Of a stretch of 64,000 bases of DNA, positions 53,699 to 64,000 are shown one piece after another. The notes under the pieces are model-generated. The model was not told the origin of the DNA. It saw nothing but the letters and a program-made list of their open reading frames with translations, and made no database searches. Positions within the stretch are counted from its first letter, which is position 1; every line of letters starts with the position of its first letter. The stretch is from Hydrolagus colliei (taxonomy: Eukaryota): positions 3,658,001 to 3,722,000 of the forward strand of contig CM068758.1 in assembly GCA_035084275.1 (NCBI GenBank), in the 5' to 3' direction. Both the position numbers and the translations under genes were made by a program.

Positions 53699-54919
53699 CA
53701 TATCTCTCTCTCCAATTTTAGTCTACTGTATCACATGAAGCGCTTTGAGACGTCTCAACAAAGTGATCACAAAGCGATTTGCGTTTGATACAGCGGCTTT
53801 TCACGTCTTCTTGACTGCGTCTCAAAGCGCTTCACAGAATACACTGTAAATTGAATTGACTGCACGTATATTTTGTGGGCGAATACGCAGGCAGCCAATT
53901 ACGCACACAAGCAGCAACCCCCACAAACAGTCGCGGGTTGAGTGACCAAATTATTATTGGGGGGTTTCATGAGGTTTTATTATCAGGTGTGTGTGTGGAG
54001 TAAGGAAACTTTGCGCAAAGTTTCGCCCTGACTTCCAGACGTGCCTGGAATCAAACCCAGGTCTCTCTCTCAAGCTCGCTTGCTGAGTGGTCTAACCACC
54101 GAGCTACAGGACTCACGAGTTAAATCACTCATACACCACACAGTATTCTTGTTTTTAATTTACGCTTTCAAAATGATCGATGTTTTTGCAGTGTGCGGAG
54201 ATTTCAAGAGAGACTGGCAGTTTCTGCGGCTGCTACCAACCGTGCTGAAATATGTCCTGTCTGAATGATGGATTCCCTTCCCTTCCCTACCACTCCTCTG
54301 ATACGCAGTATACAACCAAGAAGCTTTTGTCTCCACTTAGAGTTAATAGCCAAACCTGAAGCTGGATTGTAATGGAATTATTGGGCAGGAGGAGTAATAA
54401 TAATAATAATAATAATACAATCCCTCCCCCCCCAAAAAAAACTCACAATAATAAAATTGGTCATTTCAATTCACGACTGTTTGTGTATCAAACGCAATCC
54501 TTGCATTTGATAGCGCGGCTTTTCGCATCTTATCGATGTCTCAAAGCGCTTCGCAGAATAGACTGTAAAGTGAATTGACTGTATATTTTGTGGGTGAAAC
54601 GCGGCAGCCAATTGCGCACAGCAGCATCCCCCTCCCCACACAAACAGTCGTGGATTGAAAATGACCAAGTTTTATTCTTGTGGTTTTTGGGGGGACGGAT
54701 TATTATTAGGTGTGTGTGTGTGTAGTAAGGAAACTTGCCCAAGGTTTCGCCCTGATCTGTCTGGATTCGAACACAGGTCTCTCCCACGTCTGTAAGGAGG
54801 CGAGTGAGTGGCTCTAACCACTGAGCTAATAGTAGAGTCCACATTAGTTACAGTAACTGCACCTTAAGCCGGACTGAGAGAGCGCCCACAGCTCACCTCC
54901 ACAGGCGAAACCCGCTTAC

Positions 54920-55042
54920 CCTGGTTTTAATGTTCTTGGCACGGTCAGCGTAGATCAGGGTGTTCCTGGATTCCTCAAACGAGGGGCTGGCGGGGCTGAT
55001 GTGAGCGATCATGACTGTCCTGCTGTTTCCGCCCAGCGAGTC
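54920..55042 (-). CDS. KIF19: KIF19-like exon 9 (end of motor domain)
   Basis: [41 protein letters not shown]; 123 nt, GTAAGC donor. Confidence 0.96.
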
Positions 55043-55353
55043 CTGAAGCAGAACAAAAAAAAACAACCAAAGTCACAGAAACTCGATGCAAAAACAACAG
55101 CCGTTTCGGGAGACAATTAAACAGCCATTAATAATAATAAATCATCAGAGTAATCATAATAACCATTGTATTTGATATAGCGCCTTATCACATCTTATCG
55201 ACGTCTCAAAGCGCTTCACAGAATATACTGTAAAGTGAATTGACTCTGTATATATTTGTGGGCGAAACGCGGCAGCCGATTGCGCACAGCAGCGTGTGTC
55301 CCCCCAACTGTGGGGAGGGGGAGGGAAGGGGGTGGGGATTGGGAGTCAGATAC

Positions 55354-55506
55354 CTTGAGCAGGCGGGTGAGTTTGCTGTCTCTGTAGTTGACGTACTGCG
55401 TGCGGTTTGCCCCCTTCTCACTCAGCGCGTTGATGCAGTTGCCGAGAGCCAGCAGGGAGCGGTTGATGTGAGCGCCTTCTTTCATTCGCTTGCCCGTGTT
55501 CTGTGT
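55354..55506 (-). CDS. KIF19: KIF19-like exon 8
   Basis: [51 protein letters not shown]; 153 nt. Confidence 0.96.
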
Positions 55507-55564
55507 CTGTCCATCGATTGATTAAAACAGAAGAAAGAAAAAAAAGGAAAAAAGATTTTCTATC

Positions 55565-56010
55565 AAAATATAGAAATGTAGGAACAAGGAGGAGGAGGAG
55601 GCCATAATTCAGCCCCTCGAGCCAGTTCCACCATTCTATTATTATCAGGGCTGATCAGTAACTTAAATTGTTTATGGAATTCTCTGCCTGGAAGGGCTGT
55701 TCGATGCTCAGTCAGTCCTTGAAACATAATCAAGACTGAGACTGATAAGATTTCTTATGGATAAAGGGATTAGGGGGATATGGGGATAAAGCGGAGGCAG
55801 GTGGGAGTTAGATTAGAAGATCAGCCGTGATCTTATTGAATGGCGGGGGTAGGGGGTGGGGGGGGGCAGGCTCGAGGGGCTGAATGGCCTACTCCCCTGC
55901 TCCTAATTTTTACTGTTCTTATGTAAAGGCAGGTAATGTGGAGGTTGAGGTACAGACAGACCAGCTATGGTCCAATAGAATGGCAGAACAGGCTGGAGGG
56001 GCTGAAGGGA
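55565..56010. mobile_element. Cluster of CR1-like 3' ends in opposite orientations
   Basis: A minus copy at ~55565-55660, then a plus copy at ~55670-55905 ending GGCTCGAGGGGCTGAATGGCCTACTCC, plus a short remnant at ~55960-56010. Confidence 0.7.
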
Positions 56011-56030
56011 GGGAGGGAGGGATAGGAAGA

Positions 56031-56158
56031 TTTGATTGATTGATTGATTGATTGATTGCTCGATTGATTGATTGATTGCTCGATTGATTGATTGCTCGAT
56101 TGATTGATTGCTCGATTGATTAATTGCTCGATTGATCGATTGATTGATCGATTGATTG
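56031..56158. repeat. (GATT)n microsatellite with interspersed GCTC units
   Basis: TTGATTGATTGATT...GCTCGATTGATTGATTGCTCGA visible directly. Confidence 0.95.
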
Positions 56159-56241
56159 CATGTGGGGAGGAGGTGAGGGGGTGAGTGAGGGGCTGGGTGA
56201 GGGAGAGAGGTGAGAGATGGGAGGAGGTTGGGGTGAGGAAC

Positions 56242-56436
56242 CTGCGAGGCCCTCTCTGATCCCGCGAGGTCGATCATAAAAAGCCGTCCGACCCGGATCT
56301 CCTCCATGATGCTCTTCACTCTGCTCTTCTGTTTGACGGTAACCTGGAGGACGGCGTGAGAGCGAGAGGAAGTCCTGTTGGCCGCGGTGGGCTCCTGGGT
56401 TCGCTGACGGTTTCCTTTAGTCAGGAGCTGCATAAT
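56242..56436 (-). CDS. KIF19: KIF19-like exon 7 (switch I SSRSH, switch II DLAGSE)
   Basis: IMQLLTKGNRQRTQEPTAANRTSSRSHAVLQV...GRLFMIDLAGSERASQ; 195 nt. Confidence 0.96.
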
Positions 56437-57137
56437 CTGAGGCCAACAGAAATCCCGCGGAGAGTAGGGCAGTCACTAACCACACAACAAACTCACCCGT
56501 TTTTTTAAAGAAAAAACAACCCTCGTATCTCAGTGGGTTAGAGCCACTCCACTTCACCTTACAAGCCAGAGGACCTGGGTTCAATTCCAAGCAGGACAAG
56601 TCAGGTCAAGTCAGGTCGAAACCTTGGGCAAGTTTCGCTTACTCCACAGTTCACACACACAGGCGCTTCACACAAACACCACACACGCCTGTTAATAATT
56701 CCTCCAAAATAAAAAAAAGCAATAATAAATTAGTCGTTTCAACCCACGGCTGTCTGTGTGTGTGGCGGGGGGGACACTGCTGTGCGCAATTGGCTCCCAC
56801 GTTTCACTCACAAAATATATACAGTCAATTCACTTGACGGCATATCCTGTGAAGCGCTTTCAGACACAGTCTTTGAGACGTCTCGGAGTCGCGATCGGGC
56901 GCTGTATCAAATGCCAGGATTATTATTGGCATCGTTTTGTTCTTCTTATTATTATTATTTCACCCATAAATATATATACAGTCAATTCACTTTACAGTAT
57001 ATTCCCGTGAAGCCCTTTGAGACACAGTCTAGAAGACGTGAAAAGCAGTTTATATCAAATGCAAGGATTATTTCTTATTATTATTTTTACTATTATGATC
57101 ACTGGTTGTTCTGGTTATTGTTAGTCGGGCGTTGTAC

Positions 57138-57263
57138 CTCCATGGCGTTGCTGGTTGAGAATTCCGTGATCCCCGCTATCTGGATCCCGCCCTTGGAATC
57201 TTCCCGCAGATCCAGAAATCCCGAACACGGATTCAAGAGGTCGCGGATCATTTCATTGTAAAT
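57138..57263 (-). CDS. KIF19: KIF19-like exon 6
   Basis: IYNEMIRDLLNPCSGFLDLREDSKGGIQIAGITEFSTSNAME; 126 nt. Confidence 0.95.
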
Positions 57264-57576
57264 CTGAAACAAGTGAAAAGGTGTGGCTGCGGAATGCAGT
57301 CGATGCTTGGGCAAGTTTCCTGACTCCACACACACACACACACACACTCATACAGAAACACACAGAAATACCCACACAGAAATACACACACACACACTTG
57401 ATAATAATCCCTCAAAAAAACCACAATAGCAGCATGAGTGAGTGAGTGAGTTTGCTCGCTCTCTCGCTCGCTCGTTCGCTCGCTCATTCGCTCGTTGAGT
57501 GAGTGAGTTTGCTCGTTCGTTCATTAATTCGTTTGTTCGCTCACTCGTTGACTGAGTGAGTGGGTTTGGGGTTTAC

Positions 57577-57713
57577 CTCTAAGTAGGACATTGAGACGTT
57601 GTACTGCATGCTCTCACTGGTGGCTTCAATGGCGCGGAACAGGTCGTTGAGTGTGCGGATGTAGATGCCAGGCTCACAGTGCATCCCCAGCATAGTGTAG
57701 GTCTTCCCAGCCC
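57577..57713 (-). CDS. KIF19: KIF19-like exon 5 (P-loop GPTGAGKT)
   Basis: (G)AGKTYTMLGMHCEPGIYIRTLNDLFRAIEATSESMQYNVSMSYLE; 137 nt. Confidence 0.95.
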
Positions 57714-58207
57714 CTGAGCTCAACAGAACAATGGCGTCAACTTCCACCTTCAGTTGGCAGAGAGCCTGGGTGGGTGGGGTGGATGGGTGTGTGGGTGGGT
57801 GAGTGGGTGTGTGGCTGGGTGGGGTGTGTGGGTGGGTGTGTATATGGGTGGGTGAGTGGGCGATAGCGGGAGGGACAGTTTCACGCGCACCTCTCTGACT
57901 CGTTCGTTTCTCTCCTTAATGGGGCAGAGGTGGGGGACGATTGGAGTACAGAGTCAAGTAGAGTCGAGTAGAGTAGAGTAGAGGACAGGCTCAAAGGGGG
58001 TGAATGGCCTCCCTCCTGCTTTTCCCCATTATCCAAAGAAGGGAAAGGGGAAACGGAACAGAAACGGGGTTTAAAGCGTTTTTTTTAAAAGGGAAAGTGA
58101 ACGGTTTGTGTCGGGGAGGGGATGAATGTTACATAAAACATCATGTGGGCAAATCGATTTGATTAATGTATCCCCAACCCACCCACCCACCCACCTACCC
58201 ACACTAC

Positions 58208-58295
58208 CTGTGGGTCCATAGGCAAAGACAGTGGCATTATATCCCGAAATGACACCTTCTATCAGGTCCTTGGTGGTGGCCATGTAAACATCTTC
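58208..58295 (-). CDS. KIF19: KIF19-like exon 4
   Basis: EDVYMATTKDLIEGVISGYNATVFAYGPT; 88 nt, AG/GT. Confidence 0.94.
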
Positions 58296-58429
58296 CTGGA
58301 AACACAGTACAAATGGCTTTAGTTTACAGGGAGTTTGACGGTGGGAGAGTTTACTGACTCCACACACACACACACACACACACACCCATACCCACAAACA
58401 CATACCCACACACACACACCACCACCCCC

Positions 58430-58642
58430 CCTCATTCCACTTGTATTCTATGACCAAGCTTTTCTTATATGACAAAATAACTAGCGACATACACAACCAG
58501 GGGAATAACAATTAAATGTACAATTTGGAAGCCTATAAAACGCTTAATAAGAGAGCTCAATAAATCAATGTACCGCCACCTGTACCCCCTGGAAGTCATT
58601 TTTACCCCCTGGGGTACGTGTACCTCTGGTTGAGAACCGCTG
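58430..58642. mobile_element. hAT/Charlie-like DNA transposon terminal fragment
   Basis: Ends ...GTACCTCTGGTTGAGAACCGCTG (Charlie-type TIR) with subterminal TACCCCCTGG repeats, followed by TTCTAGAA. The left boundary is uncertain. Confidence 0.65.
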
Positions 58643-58754
58643 TTCTAGAAGACGTGAAAAGCCGCCATAGCAAATGCAAGGATTATTCTAGTTATGTATT
58701 CCTATCATCTCAAAGGTCTTCACACAAGGTTCACGCCAATACCCAGGCTCCCAC

Positions 58755-58865
58755 CTGCGAGGCCGTGTGATCAAACACTACATCGAATATGAAGGTCCGC
58801 TCGCGAGATCGATTGGCTCGGAGGATGTCATCAGGGTCTTCGGTTGGATCCATCAAAACCACCAT
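58755..58865 (-). CDS. KIF19: KIF19-like exon 3
   Basis: MVVLMDPTEDPDDILRANRSRERTFIFDVVFDHTASQ; 111 nt, AG/GT. Confidence 0.94.
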
Positions 58866-61635
58866 CTGCCCATCCAGAGAGAGAAGACAATAGAGGAACC
58901 AATTTACATCGATATCAACAACAGCAGCCAACAACAACAACAAAATTACATTGATAGAAACGCCTCTCATGTCAGGGAGGACGTCTCAAAGCGCTTGACG
59001 CAATATATTGTGAAGAGAATTGACCAAATATTTGTGAGAGAAACACGGCAGTGAAATGCGCACAGCAGCATCCCTCCTTCCACCCCCCCCCACCCACCCC
59101 CACAAACAGTCGTGGATTGGAATGGCCAATTTTATTATAGTTGGTTTTTTGAGGGATTATTATTATTATTATTATTATCAGGCGTATGGAGTAAGATTTC
59201 ACCCTGCCTGGAATTGAACCCAGGTCTCTCACCTGTAAGGAAAGAGTGCTCCAACCACCGAGGTGTATTATAGGAGATGATCGCGTCCTTCACGCCTGGC
59301 AGCTACACATAATATACTGTTGGAAGGAGGGGGGTTGATTGTGTATTTCGTGGGGCGAAATTGTGCAGTAGACAGCCACTGAGGCACCGCAGTTATATAC
59401 TCATATATAGTCTTTACTATGAGAGACGTAAACTGATAACACAAGTCTAACAGCAGCCGTATCGAGGTTAGCATCCAGACATTCCAATAATAATAATACT
59501 AATATTAATCCTTGCAGTTCATGTAGTGATCTGTCACTTCTTGGAGACGCCTCAAAGCATTTATACTATTCATAATAATCCCTAAGAACAAAACCACAAT
59601 AACAAAAATTGGTCATTTCAACCCACGACTATTTGTGTGTGGGGGGGAGGGAACGGGGGGGGGAAACGCCGCCGCTGTGCGCAATTGGCTGCCTGCCGCG
59701 TTTCGCCCTCCCACAAATATACATACAGTCAGTTCACTTTACAGTATATATTCTGTGAAGCGCTTTGAGACACAGTCGACAAGATGTGAAAAAGCCGCGA
59801 TATAAAAATGCAAGGATTATTATTAGTAGTATTAGTATTATTATTGGCTCATTGGCCAAACACTCACTGGGATCCTGGGGCCCCACAGTGAAAGTCGACC
59901 TTCTTTTTTTTAATTTATTACTATTATTATTGTCCAATTGCCAGACACGAGTTTTGAAACTCGCAGAGCAAACGCACGCACAGCAGATTAAACCGCAACC
60001 ACCCACCACCGAGTTGAACAACAAGTTTGCGACTCCTATTGTGTCCAAAAGGCCATGTTTCTTCCTAAGCCACCTGCCCGAGCAAGCATCTTACAAGTAA
60101 TTTATTAACCAATTAATTTTGCGCTGAATTATTTCGATCAATAAAAACGCAAGAAAGACACATGGGAGGGCATGTTTAAACCTGTCTGAAAACAGACTAA
60201 TCAAACCTGAAAACAGACTAATCAAATATATGAAGGCAGCAGGCACTGGCAGCTCACTAAAAATCCATTCCATTTAGGAGGCAAAGGGGGGAACTATTAG
60301 ATGACTTAACAGCTGTATGAAACACAACAGTGAGTTAATAGACCAATGAGCGTGCTGAGAAAAATATCTCGTTGATTTATTTTAGCACCAATAAATCTCT
60401 CTAATGTGCACAGCAAACCCCACTGGCTCTCAGGCTAACTTCACATTACAGTCACTTCAATAGGTTTAGATGCCCTACCCTCCCACCTCCTCTCTCTCTC
60501 TCCCTCTGCCCTGCCAACTCATACCAGCTTCAAATCCCCCCTGTGCGTGCGTGCGTGCAGTAAACTTGCCCAAGGTGTCGTCACCCTGTATAATATATTT
60601 GTGGGTGAAACGTGGCAGCCAATCGCGAAAAGCAGCAAAGTCCCCCCACAAACAGTCGTGGATTGAAAATGACCAATTTATTATAGGTTTTATAAAAAAA
60701 TTCCTGAGGGATTATTATCAGGCATGTGTGTGTGTGTGTGCGCGCGTGTGTGTAGTAAGGAAACTTGCCCAAGGTTTCGCCCTGACCTAACCTGACCTGC
60801 TGGGAATCGAACCCAGGTCCTCTGACTTGTGAGGTGCGTGCTCTAACCCACTGAGCTACAATATCCTCCGCTGTCTATAAAAAGCACACCACGGCCTCGG
60901 GCCTCGTTCAACCCAATGGGGTCCTGAAAACAGCCAAAGTCAATAATTACAAACTAACGTAGTTTTCATCTGTACTGGGAGCGGTGAATGGGAAACAAAC
61001 CCATTTGTATTTTTTTTCTCCCCCTGACTTGTGTTGCCAAGGAAATGACTTCCATTCTACAACATTCCTCAATCCAGCCGAGCTCATTTCTGTTTGGACG
61101 CAGGACAGAGGCTTCAGCTATTTCCGAACATCTAGGGTTCCCTCAGGGGAGCTCCTGTAGCTCTCAGTGGGTTAGAGCACTCGCTCACTCACTCCCTCCC
61201 TCCCTCCCTCACTCACTCACTCACCTTTACAGGTGTGAGAGTGACCTGCGTTCAAATCCAGGCAGTTTCAGGGCGAAACCTAGGACAAGTTTCCTTACTA
61301 CACACACACACACAGACACACACTTGCCCTTAATAATAATCCATAAAAAAAACCTCACAATAATAAAATTGGTCTTTTCAATCCACGACTGTTCGTGTGT
61401 GGGGGGACGCTGCTGTGCACCATTGGCTGCCGCGTTTCTCCCACAAATATACATAGTCAATTCACTTTACAGTATATTCCGTGAAGCGCTTTGAGACGTC
61501 GATAAGGTGTGAAAAGCCGTGATATCAAATGCCAAGATTATTATTATCATTATTATTATCGTGGAGTTCCTTCAAACAAAGAGAGTCTGTCCTCAATTAA
61601 ACCGTCCTCTGATTTCTGAGGCGGAAACGACATGC

Positions 61636-61667
<32 letters not shown>

Positions 61668-62413
61668 TAAACCGCAGGCAAGGTTCCTAATGCAATGTGC
61701 AGATGAACTGATTAGCAACAAAAAAACTGGCCTGGGGTGGGGTGGGGCGGGAGGAGTGGGGTGGGGGTGCAAGGCATTGTCTGACACTGTCATTTTGGTG
61801 CCAGTAAAACATCTTGAGAGCTCAGGCCGTCACTATGCCTCACGTCAGATGTTTTATGGAGCGCCTATCCTTGTTCTATGACGCCTACAATACTCTGTCT
61901 GTCCTGCTCACTGGGGCGTTCCTACACTCCTCCCTGTTCCTACACTCCTGGCCTTCCCTGTGACCCTCGCTACTGAACCCTCTACAGGTTGGTCACCACC
62001 AACAAGGCCTTGGACCAACACGGACATCCCCAGCCTCCTCAATGCTCGCCCTTTGGATGCAGTTTTTTTTCTGAAAGGCTTTCTAATCAATCTCTGGTGT
62101 AGCCCCCCCATCCCCACCACCACCCACCCACCCACCCTCCCCTCTACCTCTACCTTCCCTTCCAACCTATTTTATTGACCTCAAAAGGTTTGAATGGACT
62201 TTTTTGAGCATCAAAACCAAAATGTTAAAAATCCATTCACTGCCGATCGAATGAGTGAAACTCTGGAACTTTCTTCTTCCTCCCCTCCGTCTTGTTCCCT
62301 CCCTCCCTCCCTGGTGGTGGTATGAACAGACTAAACCAGTCCTTCAAATTGGAGCACAGCGTCCAATGGCGTCAGCGCCATGTGGCTCCAGCAAACAGTA
62401 GGAGCCACGTTAC

Positions 62414-62494
62414 CTGATCGTCCACCTTGTGAGCGATGATGATGGCTCCTTCATCAAGCTCCGGCTCATTGATGGGCCTGATCCGCAAAGCCAC
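62414..62494 (-). CDS. KIF19: KIF19-family kinesin-8, exon 2 (motor start)
   Basis: VALRIRPINEPELDEGAIIIAHKVDDQ; CAG acceptor, GTAAC donor, 81 nt. Confidence 0.93.
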
Positions 62495-64000
62495 CTGAGA
62501 ACAAGGCAAACCAAAGCTCGTTCGTGCCTTACACAATACAACACAACAACACAATACACAACCAGCAAACACAACAAAATGACACTCGTACAGTGCCTTT
62601 CACGTGGGGAGGACGTCCCAAAGAGGCTGGACAATCACTTGAGAGTCAGAGGTGAATAATAATAATAAGAAGAACCGTAATAAAAAAGATCAGAATCCTG
62701 GCCAGTTGAGAAGAGAGTCTTGTCACGTGGTCGAAACATCTCAGTTGCCCTCTGCGGAATATAGATATATTTTAAAAAATCGTTTGTAACATTTTGTGGG
62801 CGAAACGCGGCAGCCGATTGCGCACAGCAATATGTGTGTGTGTGTCTGTGTCCCACCCCCCTCCCCCGCACACAACAACACAGATTACATTTGTACAAAG
62901 CGCCTTTCACGTCGGGAGGACGACCCAAAACGGCGCTGGCTGGCGTCCCACAACAAACAGCCATGGACTTTTTTTTTGCATGTGATGAAAATCTCTGGCT
63001 TCCTGCAGAGAGGAGAGAGAAGGGAAGGGAAGGGAACAGATGGATCCTGGCCTAAAGGCTCTTTATAAACGCGCAATACGGGGGTTATTGAAACGAATAT
63101 TCTGTCATTCCAGTTGTGTTGACAGCGGAAGGAGAAGTGCAAGATGAGGAAGGAGAGAGCTCGCTTTTAATAACAGGGAGAAAAGTTGCAATTAGCCAGT
63201 CCTCTCTCTCTCTCTCTCCGCTCAGAAGGGAAGAACAATACCATTGGACCTATTCACGCTGAGCACAGTAATTACAGGCTGACTCCCAGATGACAGTATC
63301 AGGATATAGTAATAACAGTAATAATAATCCTTGATATATTTGATATAGTGGCTTTTCATGTCTTATCGACTGTCTCTCCAAGCGCTTGACAGAATATACT
63401 GTAAAGTGAATCGACTGCATAAATATATATATATTTGTGGGCGAAACGCAGCAGCCAATCGCGCACAGCAGCGTTCCCCCCCCCCACACACACAAACAGT
63501 CGTGAGTTGAAATGTCCAATTTTTATTATCTTAAAAACCTCTTCCCTTTGCCCATTCCCCCTCTCTCGGACCTAACCCTACGTTTTGCCCACAAAATATA
63601 TACAGTCAATTCACTTTACAGTCTATTCCGTGAAGCGCTTTGAGACGTCGATAAGATGTGAAAAGCCGCTATATCAAATGCAAGGACTATTTTTATTAAT
63701 TATTATTTCATTTCCAGTATATTCTGTCCAGTGAGCGCTTCGAGAGGCCTCGAAGACTTGATAAAGCACAATATCAAATGCAAGGATTATTATTATTTCT
63801 ATTAAATGATCTCCCTGCTCTGTCTTCCATATTCCCTGTAAATTATTCTTCTGTACAGATATCTACGTCATTCCCTCTTGAAATCTGATATTGAAATCTC
63901 AATTGCATTTGTTCGATCACGAGATAAACAAACGCTTAAGATTTTTCCACTAAATCTTAACCTACCTTCACTTTCGGACAATGAATCACGCTGTACATTG

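Larger units (their letters stand above)
39600..63800. mobile_element. Dense field of the same young tRNA-SINE (more than 20 full or partial copies; SINE2-1_CM-like)
   Basis: Approximate copies: 40124-40460(+), 41390-41725(-), 42570-42945(+), 42946-43355(+), 43560-43810(+), 47630-47775(+), 48770-48970(+), 49600-49805(+), 51180-51610(-), 52330-52550(+), 53780-54110(-), 54490-54830(-), 55160-55300(-), 56520-56930(+), 58980-59260(-), 59570-59830(+), 60580-60860(-), 61155-61560(+), 63320-63530(-), 63580-63700(+). Confidence 0.88.

Noticed and set aside
39600-63800. Recurrent conserved motifs separated by unique sequence (CRISPR-like at a glance)
   Set aside because: Irregular spacing, both orientations, about 300-bp units and no cas genes. 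These are dispersed SINEs in a eukaryote.
62495-64000. Search for KIF19-like exon 1
   Set aside because: No ATG-bearing short exon resembling the KIF19 N-terminus was found. It is presumably beyond the window.

Overview
Vertebrate genomic DNA. The repeat families and conserved proteins suggest a cartilaginous fish such as the elephant shark (inference). Two intron-split genes lie in tandem on the minus strand. (1) TTYH3 (tweety 3): ATG at 34515, coding exons 1-12 complete, and exon 13 runs off the left edge. All junctions are GT-AG and in phase. (2) A kinesin-8 of the KIF19 family, probably the KIF19B paralog: 18 coding exons from 62494 to a TGA at 41161, with exon 1 not found in the window. 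Its exon 10 carries an in-frame TAA and an apparent 1-nt deletion, and lies 77 bp from an 853-bp solo LTR with a 4-bp target-site duplication. All other visible exons are open. The rest of the window is tRNA-derived SINEs (an old Deu-like family and a young abundant one), L2/CR1 3' ends, a hAT end nested in a SINE, microsatellites, several short local duplications, and a 253-N gap. Composition shifts abruptly near 33.7 kb. I found no prokaryote-type or clearly novel biological system. The best leads are the lesioned KIF19-like exon, the solo LTR, the local templated duplications, and a candidate plus-strand micro-exon. Exon numbering follows human KIF19/TTYH3 as recalled from memory.
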